A stretch of 63,995 bases of DNA, counting the filler, from Sluysia triapertura (Eukaryota), in the NCBI GenBank assembly GCA_046118255.1. It is 5 parts of 5 records of this genome, joined end to end, with 100 filler letters (N's around TTAATTAATTAA, not from the genome) between each part and the next. Parts side by side here need not be neighbours in the genome. Positions count along the whole stretch, not along the records: positions 1 to 18,127 come from JBJNIA010175251.1; positions 18,228 to 29,271 come from JBJNIA010189686.1; 3 more parts are not named here. One strand, written 5' to 3'. Each line of letters starts with the position of its first letter. The first letter of the stretch is position 1. This document shows, one piece after another, positions 12,460 through 25,039 of the stretch. Made by a program: the position numbers and the translations under genes. Under the pieces are notes generated by a model. The model had not been told where the DNA came from. It ran no database searches and saw only the letters and a program-made list of their open reading frames with translations.

Positions 12460-13560
12460 TGGACTAACGTTTATTAACGTATTATTAACATACTATTGAT
12501 TATTTATGACTAACAAATTATTCATTGTAATATTTGTTCACATTATTTAATTGAATTATCGATTTATTAATACTATTTTTAATTATTATTCATTTTATAT
12601 TTCTTTGTATTTTTGAATATTCGAATTTTTATGTGATTTATTTAATTTTGGAATATTTGAATGCGATTCAAAGTAAGAAATTATATAATTATATTAATCG
12701 CTAATTAAATTAATATATTAATAGTTAAACTACGTAATTATAGAATTAAATAAATTTATAAAATAAATTTTAATATTTTGTTTTAATCTGACCAATGTCA
12801 GATTAAAGCAAATATATAGATCTAAAATTTTGCAAAATAACTTACAATTTTTGCTGACACAATTTTTGATAGCACACAATTTCAACTTATAAAGTTCTTC
12901 AATACAACTTGTTATTACAAGTCTTCTTTTAATACTGGAATTCGTGGTTTACGATTCGAAATCATTCTACTGTCATGCTTCAAAATAAATTTTATTTAAC
13001 GTTACGTTAGTTTAATTGTGATAAGTCAAGTTATTAACAATATCAACGTAAATTCATTTGATATGTATTTTAACTTCTGTTCAGTTAAAATACGCAAATT
13101 AATTGTTATTAATATTACTATTATATACATTATATTATTGTTTCATAATAAATTATTAAAATCGAGTTTCATTATTCAATTTACATATTCGTAAAAATAA
13201 AATCCATAGACGAAAACACGTTTTCAACAATTGGAATTTTAATCCAATTTCGTAAAATCATTTTTGAGATTCCATTTCAAGGAATCCACTTAAAATAATC
13301 CTAATAACATTATTATTATTATTAATTTTGATTATTTAAATAAAATTTTATAAAATTTATTAGTATTAAAATTTACCTCCAAAAAATTTTTAATATTTCA
13401 CTGTCAAGATATAAACTAGCATCATTAACAAAACTTTTTGAGTATTTCTATAGCCTTAGTTAATAATCCTTTTATTCACAAATCCAACGGCTGGTCCTAA
13501 CTGGTAAGCCCACTGCGTTGGTGGACTCACGTTAAAACTTTTGATTTATTCTATCTTTAC
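12460..13560 (+). repeat. Dispersed repeat related to ~34600-35390
   Basis: ctggtcctaactggtaagcccactgcgttggtggactcac (13491) vs ctagccctaccggtaagactagatgtattggtgaactcac (35312), plus similar attattaaca..tattgattattt starts. Confidence 0.5.
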
Positions 13561-16500
13561 TTTACTTTTCCCACAGAACTTAATTCTGCTAGATTCAAAT
13601 AATTAAATTACAAAAATATTTTGTCTTTATTTAAAATAGGACTTGAAAAATATATTTTGAGTTTCTTTAAAATAATCCTTGAAAAACAATAATGTGACAT
13701 ATTTTATAACTTCTAAAACTATCTATTTTTATTTTTTGAAATAGCTCATTAGTTTTAGCCTATATAAAATTGCTTTTTAAAGAGGCGCTGAGGATTAAAA
13801 GAAACCAATAAATAATATGAAGACTACTATTTGATAAACAAAATGATTTGTAATTGTTAAGGAATTAATAATCAGATATACAATAGAGAAATGATAACCG
13901 AGTTGCTAAATTAAATCTCAAAAGTTTTTAATTGATATTTATTTTGTTTTGATTAGATTTTATCGACTTATTTAAAAGGGTCATTTAAAAATTTAAAAAG
14001 ATTTTAAGTCGGATTTTAATATGCTTTAAGGATATTAAAACTTAAAAATAAAAATCTAACGTATATCTTTTATGAAATTAATGCGGACTTCGTTTCCGAT
14101 TCAAATTTACTTGGGATAACCAGATGGTATATAAAAATTCTGAAATACGAATTAAGTTTTGCCAAAAATAAAATATAAAATTTTCAAAGTGAAATGTAGA
14201 ATTTTCACAAAAATTTGTATCACCAAAAATGAAATGTGGCACAAAGTTTTTTGCAAAATAAAATTATGAAAATTATTTAACTAATAATGTAAATAACAAA
14301 ACAAGAATATGGTGTTTATTTTTTTGTTTTACTTAACAAAAGAAGGGAGCACCATTTATAGTACATTTTGATTTGACATTTAAGGTCTTTATATTAATGC
14401 ATAATCTGCGTACTGGTTTAAAGGTTTTTTACTTTAGCTTACTGAATACTTTTTCACTTACTACGAATGAAAAATTATTATTATCATTGTTGTTTCTATT
14501 ATTCTTTTTATTGCATTATTCTTTTTAAAATTCATATTTTTTGTACAAAGACAGATAAATTCAGATCTTTTAAATTTTTCAGTAAAACATTTTTGAAATA
14601 AATCTCTCATGCTAAATACAAGAATAAATTATGTAGACAAAATCTAAAGCAAATAAATTTTTCTTTGGTTTAAAAATCTAAAAATAAATGTTAAAGACAA
14701 ATTAGGATTCTAATGTATCAAATTGGGCTGTAGTTACGTGACAAAAAATTTTAATGTGTCAATATAATAATGTAATATTCGTATAAATAAAAGAATTTAT
14801 AATATAGAAATTAAGTAAGGTGGATGCAAATTTCAAATAAAATTACATTACAGAATGGAAGAAAAAGTGAAAAAAATATATATTGTGTAAGATTTGTCAA
14901 ATGGTGAGATTAACTATGGAAAGAAATTGATCTTGAGAAAACTCAAATAGGAATTTTTTTGGTTCTAACAAAGTACTCGTTAAAAACTATACAAGGAGAA
15001 ACATCTTAGAGAAAAGCACAAAGAAAATACAAGTTGAGACAAAAAAGAATCAAACGAAAAGGAACTAGGAAATATTTCACTTTAAATTTACCAGATATAT
15101 CCAAACAATTAATTTTAATATTAGAACCGTTAGAATATGTAACGTATTGTTGAATCAGTGTTACGCTGTGTTACTCGTTTTAACTTCTAATAATTATTCA
15201 TCATTCTAATATTCGATTATCGACTAAGACTGTATTGAAAATAATTATTCAGTACACATAATTTCCGAGGATTCGTTATTACAGAGTACAATAACAAATT
15301 GGTAATTTTGAAAGGTTTAACTAATATAAAATTTTATTTTGCAAATTTAGTTTTATAAAATTATTAAAAAATTATTTTGTTAAACTATTTTAAATTTTAA
15401 TTTGTTAAATTTTTAGTGAACCTCAATTTGTAAATTTATTAAAACGGATTTTATAACATGTGCTTTTTATCATAATCATCAATTTGTATTATCATAAATA
15501 TATTGTTTTTAAAATTCAAGCTTAATAATTATTCTTTGCAAGAACTTAAGTTAAACTTTTTCAATTATATATTATTACGTATCGACAATAGTTTAAAATC
15601 TCTTGATGCTTATCTATTCTTAACAACCCTTTATTTTCTTGATTTATAAATGATTTTTATGTTGTATTTTATATGAAAGCGTGAGCTCGGATACTCGTAT
15701 ATATATAACCTGGAATAGAAATGCACAAGTCTAAAGTCTAATTAAAGTCTACTGTATTTAGTAAAAGTACTCTAAATTAATTCTATGTGCTATAAATTCA
15801 CTCTTATTTTCAATTGTGACGTGTTCTTTAATTTATTTTCTTTTGGGGGCACTGATTCCAATAAAAAACAAGGATCATATTCGAAAATTTATTATTCAAA
15901 TACTGCATACAGAATTAGTAATGATAAAATTAACAATAGTAAACAAAAGCAATTTTATTAAATAAACGAACACAGAAATTTTAGTAATTGTTACAATGAT
16001 TATGAAGTTAATAAAAAATATATTTATCGTAACTTTAATTAGTATAATTTTAAACTGATAGTGTAATAAATATCACTTACTTAACCTCAGTAAGTCTTTG
16101 TTATACTTAATGATAGTTTGTATCTCCCAAACGAATTCGAAAAAAATTCTCCAACAATTCCTCCTTTTTCGTATATTAATTGTGATTCCCAAATATTTCT
16201 CCTCGTACAAAAAATCGTATATCCCAAGTAGAATTTCTAAGAATATTTCTGCTTTTAGTACAAAATCGTATGACCCAAATAAAATTTTTAACAATATTTT
16301 TCCTCGTACAAAAAAATCGTGTGTGATTTTATTGCACTCTAATATTAATTATTTATTTACATTTTAAGTATGTAGTTATGAAAAATAATTTTTACATTGA
16401 TAATAATAGTGCATAAATAATGCATAACTTAACTTGTTAAAATGGTACATAATAATAAATACTTAATAATATGTTATGTGCATTTAATTTCATAATAATA

Positions 16501-16669
16501 ACGAGTGATATATAAATTAATTTGTTAATAGGTAATAATGATAGTTAATAAGTAATAAATGTACACTATGATTTTTCTCGATTATAATGCTTTTAATTTT
16601 GAAATAATTTTGATATTACATTATTCTTTATGTTCTACCAATTCTTTAATTTAAGTTGATTTTAAATTG

Positions 16670-16917
16670 TAAAATGGTTGAAATTTTAAAATGGCGATTT
16701 TCATTAAACTGATGCAAGTTTATATACTAGTCATCAGCAAACGAAAATCGATGGAATGTTCTAAAACATTCTAGAAGCTTCTATTTTATTTATAGAAGCT
16801 TTATTTATAGAAATTTATTTTCTTTTTTGGAAAATTAATATTTTTTAGGTGTTTTTAGACATTTATAAATAATTTTAAAGCATGTTGTGTGATTTTAAAG
16901 GGTTATAATAACAACCT
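16670..16917 (-). promoter_or_regulatory. Repeated promoter-like cassette, copy A (HSE array, TATA, YY1-like motif)
   Basis: GAAtgTTCtaAAAcaTTCtaGAAgcTTC at 16754-16781; TATATAAA on the minus strand; AAAATGGCG; closely similar to 22920-23175. Confidence 0.6.
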
Positions 16918-17463
16918 AACACTCATCTGAGCAAAACCACATCACATTCGTAATACAAAATATTTGTTCTGTACATTATGTAACTAAATTTTATCAAAAA
17001 AATAACGTACATAAAACATATTGGGAAACGTAAAAAATTTATCTTTAAAAGTATTTTAAAATAATAGTAAAATGCATTTCAAACTAAAGTTTAATAAAGT
17101 ATTATTTTTCAAATAATATCTAAAATTGTATTTTCAGCTAATTGTAAACTAATTATTGTGTTACTTTTTTCTATTTATTTCATTAAATAATAATAAATTT
17201 TAAATTATTTTCTTATTTAATATAGTGATTATGAATTTTTTTCAAGTTATTATTAAATATGGAATATACAAATTTCAAATTTAAGTTTAGATTAGCATTA
17301 CTAAATGTGAAAAAAATAATTTTTCTACTCTCACAATCCATACATTTGAAGAAGGTAAATGAACAAATCAAAATGTACAATTTTTTTCAATGGAAAATAT
17401 AAAAGTTGATTACTCAAGAAAGCAAAAGTTTGTTTTTTTATTGTGTTGCTTGAAAAGATTAAA

Positions 17464-17734
17464 ATGAGTCATTCTAAAATTAGTTCTTCATCATCACCTA
17501 AACAAAGTAATATTTCATCTGCTTATAATGATGCTAATTCGATTAATGACGATTTGGACTATAAAATAGAACAAGTATTAAATCAAAGCTTTAAAGAAAA
17601 AATTATTCAATTATGTAAAAATATATCAATTTTATTGCTCATGACATCGATAACGTTAGGCTTGATGGGTTATGTATTTTCTAGTAAATTGGAAACTGAT
17701 CGTAAAGCAACGTTATTGAAATCACTAATTCAGT
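17464..17734 (+). CDS. Possible exon of a small single-pass membrane protein
   Basis: ATG at 17464, Ser-rich N-terminus, TM ISILLLMTSITLGLMGYVF, GTTAGT donor at 17735; no family recognised. Confidence 0.35.
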
Positions 17735-18073
17735 GTTAGTTTTTTATATTTAATGTTTGATATAGATTTATACAATTTTTAATTGACATTTTTAGGTCTT
17801 ACCACAACATGTTTCCAGATTCAATTGTGTTGCATTCAAATATTTAATTAATTGACTTTATCTATAGAGTGTTTAGATATGTAGATTCACCAATGTTAGA
17901 ATTCATAAAATGGACTGATTAGAATTCTGCCTCGGGCCTTTTATACATTATACAATTTTATATATTACAAATTATATATTTTAAAATGGTACGTTTAGGT
18001 CTAGACTTCAACATTAATTTTCTAATTTGATAATTTGCAGGTTACAATACGGCAATGAAAGTAATATTACGTT

Positions 18074-18074
<1 letters not shown>

Positions 18075-18127
<53 letters not shown>
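18075..18127. repeat. (ACT)n microsatellite at contig end
   Basis: Direct observation. Confidence 0.95.
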
Positions 18128-18227
18128 NNNNNNNNNNNNNNNNNNNNNNNNNNNNNNNNNNNNNNNNNNNNTTAATTAATTAANNNNNNNNNNNNNNNNN
18201 NNNNNNNNNNNNNNNNNNNNNNNNNNN
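18128..18227. other. Artificial contig join (N run + TTAATTAATTAA linker)
   Basis: 100 nt with a six-frame stop linker; same structure at all four gaps. Confidence 0.97.
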
Positions 18228-18439
18228 TGCTCATTATAAAATGATATTGGATTTAGTGCATAATATTGAATTTTATTAATGTTTTTAATGATGAACTATT
18301 TCGAAGCACGTCAGCGTAAATAACGTAAAAATTAGTTATTTTAATTTATTTTTATAATTTAAAATTAAAGTTAAATATGTTCCGATGTCTATATATTAAT
18401 AAAGTATATATCAAATTAATGTTTATAGAGAGATCAAAT

Positions 18440-19140
18440 CAAATATGTTATTGAACTTGACGTGCGACACACAACGTATTAATGCGGAATACTCCTTTGA
18501 GAAATAAATTTATTATTTCGTTAATTTTATCGTTAAATTAAATTGACAAATTATGTTATCATTATAAAAGCAATGTGGCAATGATTTTTAATTTTAATTA
18601 GGTGATATTAAGAAGATAAAGGGATTGTTTTACACAAATTCCATTATCTTTAGATATTTGGAATGATAATGAAGTTGAACAAAGACGGATATTGCTGTCA
18701 ACATTTAATCGGTGAAATTAGTCGGCGAAAATCGACAACTTTAATTTCTATCTTTTTCGATTTCTGATTTTTAATTTCATTAATTGCCATAAAACTGATA
18801 TATCAGTAGTTATATTTCTGCAATTAAAACAGAAGTAAAAACGAGTCAGGATAAATCAAATAAACTAAATTTTTTAACTTTAGAGAAGCTGCTTTAGTTC
18901 ATCAGTGGATAACGGTGAAACTAAAGTCATTTCTTTAGCAATTGACTAAAATAATCTATTTTCTTTTTAGAGAAATGGTTAGTAATATATTTCTTATTGT
19001 TTATATGCTTATAAAGATACCAATTCAAATACGTTATTGAACTTGACGTGCGAGGTATGGTTGACGCACAACGTATTACACAAAAGATTCCTATAGAAAA
19101 ATAAATTTATTATTCCATTAATTTAATTTTTAATTTAAGT
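18440..19140 (+). repeat. Pair of ~100-bp direct repeats (18440-18545 and 19025-19140)
   Basis: gttattgaacttgacgtgcga...cacaacgtatta...aaataaatttattatt present in both. Confidence 0.75.
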
Positions 19141-19149
19141 TAATAAATT

Positions 19150-20145
19150 GCGTTTGTGGTGGCCAACTTATTTCCCTAATGAGTTTTATAGAAAATTACC
19201 TGGACTTTCACTAACCTAACAATCATTCTCAAAATCTATAAATCACATTTAAAAATCAACAGAAAGAAACATTAAACTAAATAAACACATTGTACATAAA
19301 ATCACACTTTTAAACATTGTAATATTTCCACATTTATCTCTTTTACATCCATTAAAAACATCTTCATCCTTTAAAACTAATTAAACCCACAATCCCATAA
19401 CATTCAAACCACAAACACATTCAATACATCAAATTACATTAAAATTCTTTTACCTTAAAACAATTCAATTACAACTACATTCGAAATTAATCAACACGCA
19501 TTTCAAAGCAATTCAAACATTATAAATTCACGATCTAGTATCATTAAATCCTAACAACCAAACACGACTTTCTTTCAAAACACCAGGTATACATTTAAAA
19601 ACTAATTTTAAAGCAGCTCAAATCGTAAATCTCTAGAATCACAAAATAATAATAGCGTTATAAATTTTTAAAGAATCTAAGACTTTCTGCATTTTAATAA
19701 CAATAATAACAATAACATTGTCGCTCTTGTTATTATTGTTATTATCCTTAATTCCATCATTTTAACTCTAACTTTCATATATTTCAAGAAATATAAAGAA
19801 AATCAAAAAAAGATCGTGTGAAATTCTAGAATAAAAAGTTTATGTGATTTTTGGATAATAATAATAACATTTTGTTATTATTATTATTATCTCCATTTTT
19901 AATTTTTATTAATTTTATTGTTAACTAGAAATAGCAAATTATGCCGTAACTACCACTACCAATGGTGACTACATTAATTTACAATGACAGTCAATGTCAT
20001 CACTGATAGTGGTTCACTCATCAATTATCAAGTAATATGTTGGCACACCAATCACACAACTCTTGATCTTTATTATTGGTCGTCCTACCAGATTTATGCT
20101 TATCACTATTTTTATGTTTCTCTGGTTGGACGGCCAATCAGGTCG
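19150..20145 (+). repeat. Dispersed non-coding repeat, copy 2 (homologous to 11300-12450)
   Basis: See copy 1; hairpins at 19696-19743 and 20076-20139. Confidence 0.7.
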
Positions 20146-20374
20146 ATTTTTTTATCAGATTCTTTTGATTTTATACTGATGGCTAATGATTGAAAATGCC
20201 AGTTCACAAAATTTTATTTTTGTTGTACAGAGAAAAGGATATTAAAATAGATATCTGACAAACAATTGGCATCAATAAAAATTTTCAGTTTAAAAATAAC
20301 AAAAAAAGAGTTTTAAATAAACATACGCATTAAAAAGTTTTCGAAACGCAATTCCTGAGCTAAGTGAACTAAAA

Positions 20375-21407
20375 ATGGATTTTAATGATTATAAAAACAA
20401 TGAAAATGCTGCAGATGATGTTAACAAACTAGACAATAGTAAAGATGATAATGCTCTAGTTATAAATGCTAAATATGATCAAAATAGAGTAAAAGATGTT
20501 AAACATAACAATTATCAAATACGTAATTATAAAGTTTAGATTAACCTGATCGACAATAATAAAGATGTTAATGCTCTAGTTGTGATTGCTCAAGATTATC
20601 AGAATAAAGATGATGATGATGATGAATATAACAATTATGAAATATGTAGTTATTAATGCTAAAGACGATAAGAATAAAATTAGTGATGATCAGGTCGAAA
20701 ACTTTAGAGCATATAATTTTCAAGATCTGTATAACGAAATTGGCATTAGCAGAGATAACGATTTACAAAATAACAATCTTTAAGGCGACAATGACAAAGT
20801 TATTAATGTTGAAGTTAAGTATTGCGAGTCTAACAATTATAACCCTAATTACAATAAAGATAACAATGTTGGAGATGTGGTTACACAGACTGAGAAGAAG
20901 AAATATATCGATTATCAAGTCAACAACAATGACGAACACGATGGTTTCTTTATCCGCTATGAAGATAAATGTTATAAACTTAAACAATACAAAGTCGATT
21001 TTCTTAGTATTTATAAAAATTATATACGTGTTTTCGAACTTTATTATTATGAACTAATTGTAATTAATTTTCTTAATGTTAATAATAATATTTATTCTAT
21101 TGATATAAATAAACCTAAGATTAATGAAAGGCATAATAAGGACAAATAGTATTTTTGTCCTCTTGATAATTATAGATGTAATGACTCTCGGCGTAAAGAT
21201 AATAAGCATGAGTATTGTATGTTAAATAAAAGAAAATCTACTGTTACAACTGCTATGTGTCCAGCTCTTACTGATAATAAAGGTATCTGCTTAATGTGTG
21301 GAGTGTACTGCAGATACACTCATTCTATTCATAGATTGAAGTTCAGCAAACAAGACCTTTGTAACTTACGACTTGCACTTGCTACTAAATACAGAATTAC
21401 TAAATAA
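20375..21407 (+). pseudogene. Disrupted ORF: D/N-rich repeats followed by CCCH-type zinc finger(s)
   Basis: ATG at 20375 (MDFNDYKNNENAADD); repeats gacaat.gtaaagatg.taatgctctagtt at 20431 and 20552; reading through TAG 21147 gives YFCPLDNYRC...KH then TAMCPALTDNKGICLMCGVYCRYTHS. Confidence 0.55.
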
Positions 21408-21750
21408 TATTGCAGGTGTTTCCAACATTTCAGGCGGCAATAATTTAATAGACAACAACGTTAAGGTAAATAATATTTACTTTTATTTATGTCGTGTTAA
21501 CAATCATTATCATTATTATTATTACTTTTATTTATTAACTAGGTAGAACGTCGAGAAGAAGTAGCAGTCAAATATAAAAATTAAAATTTTTCAAAAATAA
21601 ATCTTTACGTTTTTATTTTCAATTTCTGTATAGGGAAGATATTACAACTAGTTTAGAACTAAAAAAATTTTAGAATTTTAGTAAAAGCTAATCTTAAATT
21701 TTATAAAGTTAAAAAATAGTTTAAATTTAAAATTTAAAAATAACTATCAA

Positions 21751-22802
21751 TCAATCATAAACACCATCAACTTTCCACAACAGGCGGAGATGGGCATGCT
21801 GGAGTTCGCCGTTCGAAGTACTTAGCCACTTTTTCAATTTGGTTGGTAGAATCCAGAAATCTTGTCGTATATGTAGGCTGATCTGATGTGGTAATTGATT
21901 GCCGTAGTGCCGTCCTGATCGCGTTGGATACTGCGGACTCGTTAAAGCGGAAGAACAAGAATAAAAATATTTTTTAGCAGTAGACTTAGATGAGTAAAGG
22001 AAAAGTGCCGGTGGGAGTTTATTACAATTTGGTATGAACATCAGATCTTTATCCCTGATCAGATCAAGAAGTTCAACCAACACAGACGCAAGTTCCCTAA
22101 ACGTAAATTTAGGAAGGACAAGATACAACAGTTTAAGTGTCTGTCTCGCCCTAAGAAAGTCATCTTCTATTGTGAATGAGATGAGGTTGTGATTAGTAAG
22201 ATTAATCACTCCTCTCAACCATCCAAAAGGCAACTGGAGGGATTCGATAACAAATCGGGGATTTAAGGGCACCAATATCTTGTCCTGAAGGTGACCGTAG
22301 AATAACTGATAATGTTAAAACAATAATCATAAAATATAAATGCTATTATCTCCGAGTTAATCATAATATAACCACAATAACAAACATTACTGTCTTCCTC
22401 GTTTCCCAAAATAATTATAGATTCGAAGTCTATCATTACTTTCTTCTTCGAACAAGCAATCAATATCTCTTAATAATGTTTCCTTCTCTTATTCTTCTTC
22501 TTCGTCATTTGTTATACCGTTGTCTTTCATCCATCTACTTACAATTGTTGCAACGTATTTTCTTTTTTCTTCAAGTTGTTGAGCATTTTTAATTATCTTT
22601 TTGTCTTTCTTCCTTTAGTTGTGCTTCCTTTTTCCTTTTGGCTTCTTTTTCCCTTTTGGCTTCCTTTTCCTTTGGGTTCTGTTTCCTTTTCCCTTACTAG
22701 TTGCATGAAACATTCATGTAAGTAATTGATAAATATATCATCTCCATCGTCATGTTTACTTTTAGGTTGTTTTCTTTCCTCCTTATGTTCAGTACTATCC
22801 AT
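21751..22802 (-). pseudogene. Orphan ORF cluster, paralogue 1 (basic/acidic ORF 22593-22802 and ORF 21751-22275)
   Basis: GC higher than flanks; LVPLNPRFVIESLQLPFGWLRGVINLTNHNLISF..DDFLRARQTLKLLY matches the 23394-23850 copy. Confidence 0.5.
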
Positions 22803-22854
22803 CTTTGCCTACGGAATTTCTGATTGAATCACTAAATTGCTTTGCAAATTGAAG

Positions 22855-23175
22855 CTAAAATGGCGACTAAAAAATTTAACTGCTAAAATCAAAATGGCTG
22901 TACTAAATAGCTAACTAATTAAATGGCGATTTTCATTAAACTGATGCTAGTTTATATAGTAGTCATCAACCAATGAAAATCGATGGAATGTTCAGAACAT
23001 TCTAGAAGCTTCTATTCTATTTATAGAAGCAAATTTTCCTTTTTAGAATTTCTATTTTATTTTTTGGAAAATAATTTCTTTTTGGATGTTTGGAAACTCT
23101 AAAATATTTTTTAAATGATTTAAAAGAAATTTTAATAATATTTTTCATAATTTTAAGGGGTTGTGATGGCAACCT
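22855..23175 (-). promoter_or_regulatory. Repeated promoter-like cassette, copy B
   Basis: Perfect four-unit HSE GAAcaTTCtaGAAgcTTC at 22995-23012; CCAAT 22970-22974; TATATAAA (-) 22951-22958; three AAATGGC motifs at 22857-22928; ATG at 22802 downstream. Confidence 0.65.
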
Positions 23176-23304
23176 TATATCTCTTCTCCGTTTATAAGAA
23201 TTTGTCCATAAATTTCAAAACTAAAGATATAAAGAATTAATAAACACAATATAATAAATGTAACGTTAAAAAAATGAAAATTATTATTTTAATCACAATT
23301 ATTA

Positions 23305-24400
23305 TCAATGTAAATGCCAGTTAAATATCTCCGAGTCTTCTTCGCAATGGTATAATGTATCATCTGGTGCGAACCAGTCAGTATCGGAATCGTCTAGATC
23401 GACGCCTGGCGAGTGACATCTCGAGAGTGTTGATTTGGCTGGATGGTCACAGATGATCTGAGTAGACGTAAAAGGAGACAGGCCGGAATGATCATGGAGG
23501 AGTTGTTCGGGACTGGTCGAATCGAATTGGTGGAGAAGTTGTGATAGGATAGGAGAAGGAGGATTTGTATAAGAAGGAGAAGAACAGATAGGAGAAGGGA
23601 AAGAAGAAATCGGAAGAGGAGGAGGTAGATTTTGCGGCAAAAAGGTCGAATGGAATTAGAGATGAAGTCGAAACATGTCATTTTAGGCAAGAATGGGTAT
23701 ATAAGTTTCAACACCAACTTAGCCCTTAGAAATTGGTCGACTGTGGAGAACGAAACTAAATGCATGTTGGTGAGGCTTACTATTCCTCTCAACCAACACA
23801 AGGGATACCTAGAGTTTTAATAACGATGTCTGGATATAAAGATACCAAGAACTTGTCGTGTAAGGAGGCTAGCCAGTAGCTCCTTATATCATCTACGTCT
23901 TTTGCTGACGACAGATTTTCATCATTGAGTCCATGAATCTCCTTATAAAAGTTTTGAGCTCTAACCCGAGGACGAATGATATCTATCGAGTGAAATTTTT
24001 TATGGTATGGCATAAATCCTAGTTGGATAATTCGATGGTCACGATTCACATCCAAAACATGATGAAAAGCTACGAAAATAAGCTTATGCAGGAAGATGTG
24101 GAGTATGTGTAAACATTCATGCCACTCGTCAAGATGTTGAACGTCAGTGGCATAGAGAGGGTTTAAACAAGATTTGGTGACCCTAGGATGAATAGGAAAT
24201 AGTATAACAAAAGTGGTGGGGGTGTTCATCAGCTTCGATTTTGATAACTTGAGATTTGGTGAAATTCTCCACCCGTAATGAAGAATATCCGTAGATTCTA
24301 AAAAGGAATGGGGAAAATGCTAATGTCATCGTGACTTTAAGGACGCCAAAATAATGAAACTTTTATCGTCAGGGAATCCAAAAAGAGCATTAACGATAAT
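23305..24400 (-). pseudogene. Orphan ORF, paralogue 2, frameshifted, with Pro/Ser-rich acidic tail
   Basis: 23789-24229 ends LVSLYPDIVIKTLGIP and continues after a frameshift as CWLRGIVSLTNMHLVSF..DQFLRAKLVLKLIY; tail in 23305-23640. Confidence 0.55.
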
Positions 24401-25039
24401 CGAAGAAAGGGTTTCCGATAGAAAAATAAATGTGTTATAAAATTTGTATTTAGTTCAGATTTAAGAGGGTTAGGTGTTGTTTTTGGGTTAAGAAAAGAAA
24501 TGGCAGGGTTCTTCTTCCTGCAAAACCTCTTAAAAGTTATAGCAAAGTCGGCATGTACGAGAAACCCAAACCACCGAAGGCAGCAAATCGAATCCAATCG
24601 GAAACAAAAATTTTGCAAAGTCAACGAATCGAGTCTTCAAAACAATATATTTCAAACAACATAAAAGTGTATGTACATAGTACAGATACATATGGAGTTT
24701 AAAAACTCTACAGATAAGAATAAATAATAAAGTCTTTCGATCACATTATGTCAATTTGTTATTACTCAAATATTCGATGATTCTGTTTCCTCGATTGATG
24801 CCACATTGTTTTCTTCTGCACGATTTTCTTCGTTTATTTCTGCTTCATCGGATTCTTCTTTGTCAATCTCTACATTGTTGATATCTACATGCATATCTGG
24901 TTCGTTGATATGTATCTGCTCCGTTAGTTTCAACTTCACTATCACCATTGTCGAAGAATATACCATTATTGTGCATATTATAGATTCTGCAACTTCACGC
25001 AATAGATTTAATTATACATTCCTTCTTTATCTTTTAGAT

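Noticed and set aside
8523-18921. CRISPR-like repeat (GTT...GAAAC)
   Set aside because: Only two copies 10 kb apart, no spacers or cas genes, eukaryotic context.
11300-20145. Single large element with ~1 kb terminal inverted repeats
   Set aside because: The copies are strongly diverged and lie on different contigs across an artificial join.
20586-21057. I/M/T/K-rich ORFs
   Set aside because: Alternative frames of the D/N-rich repeats.
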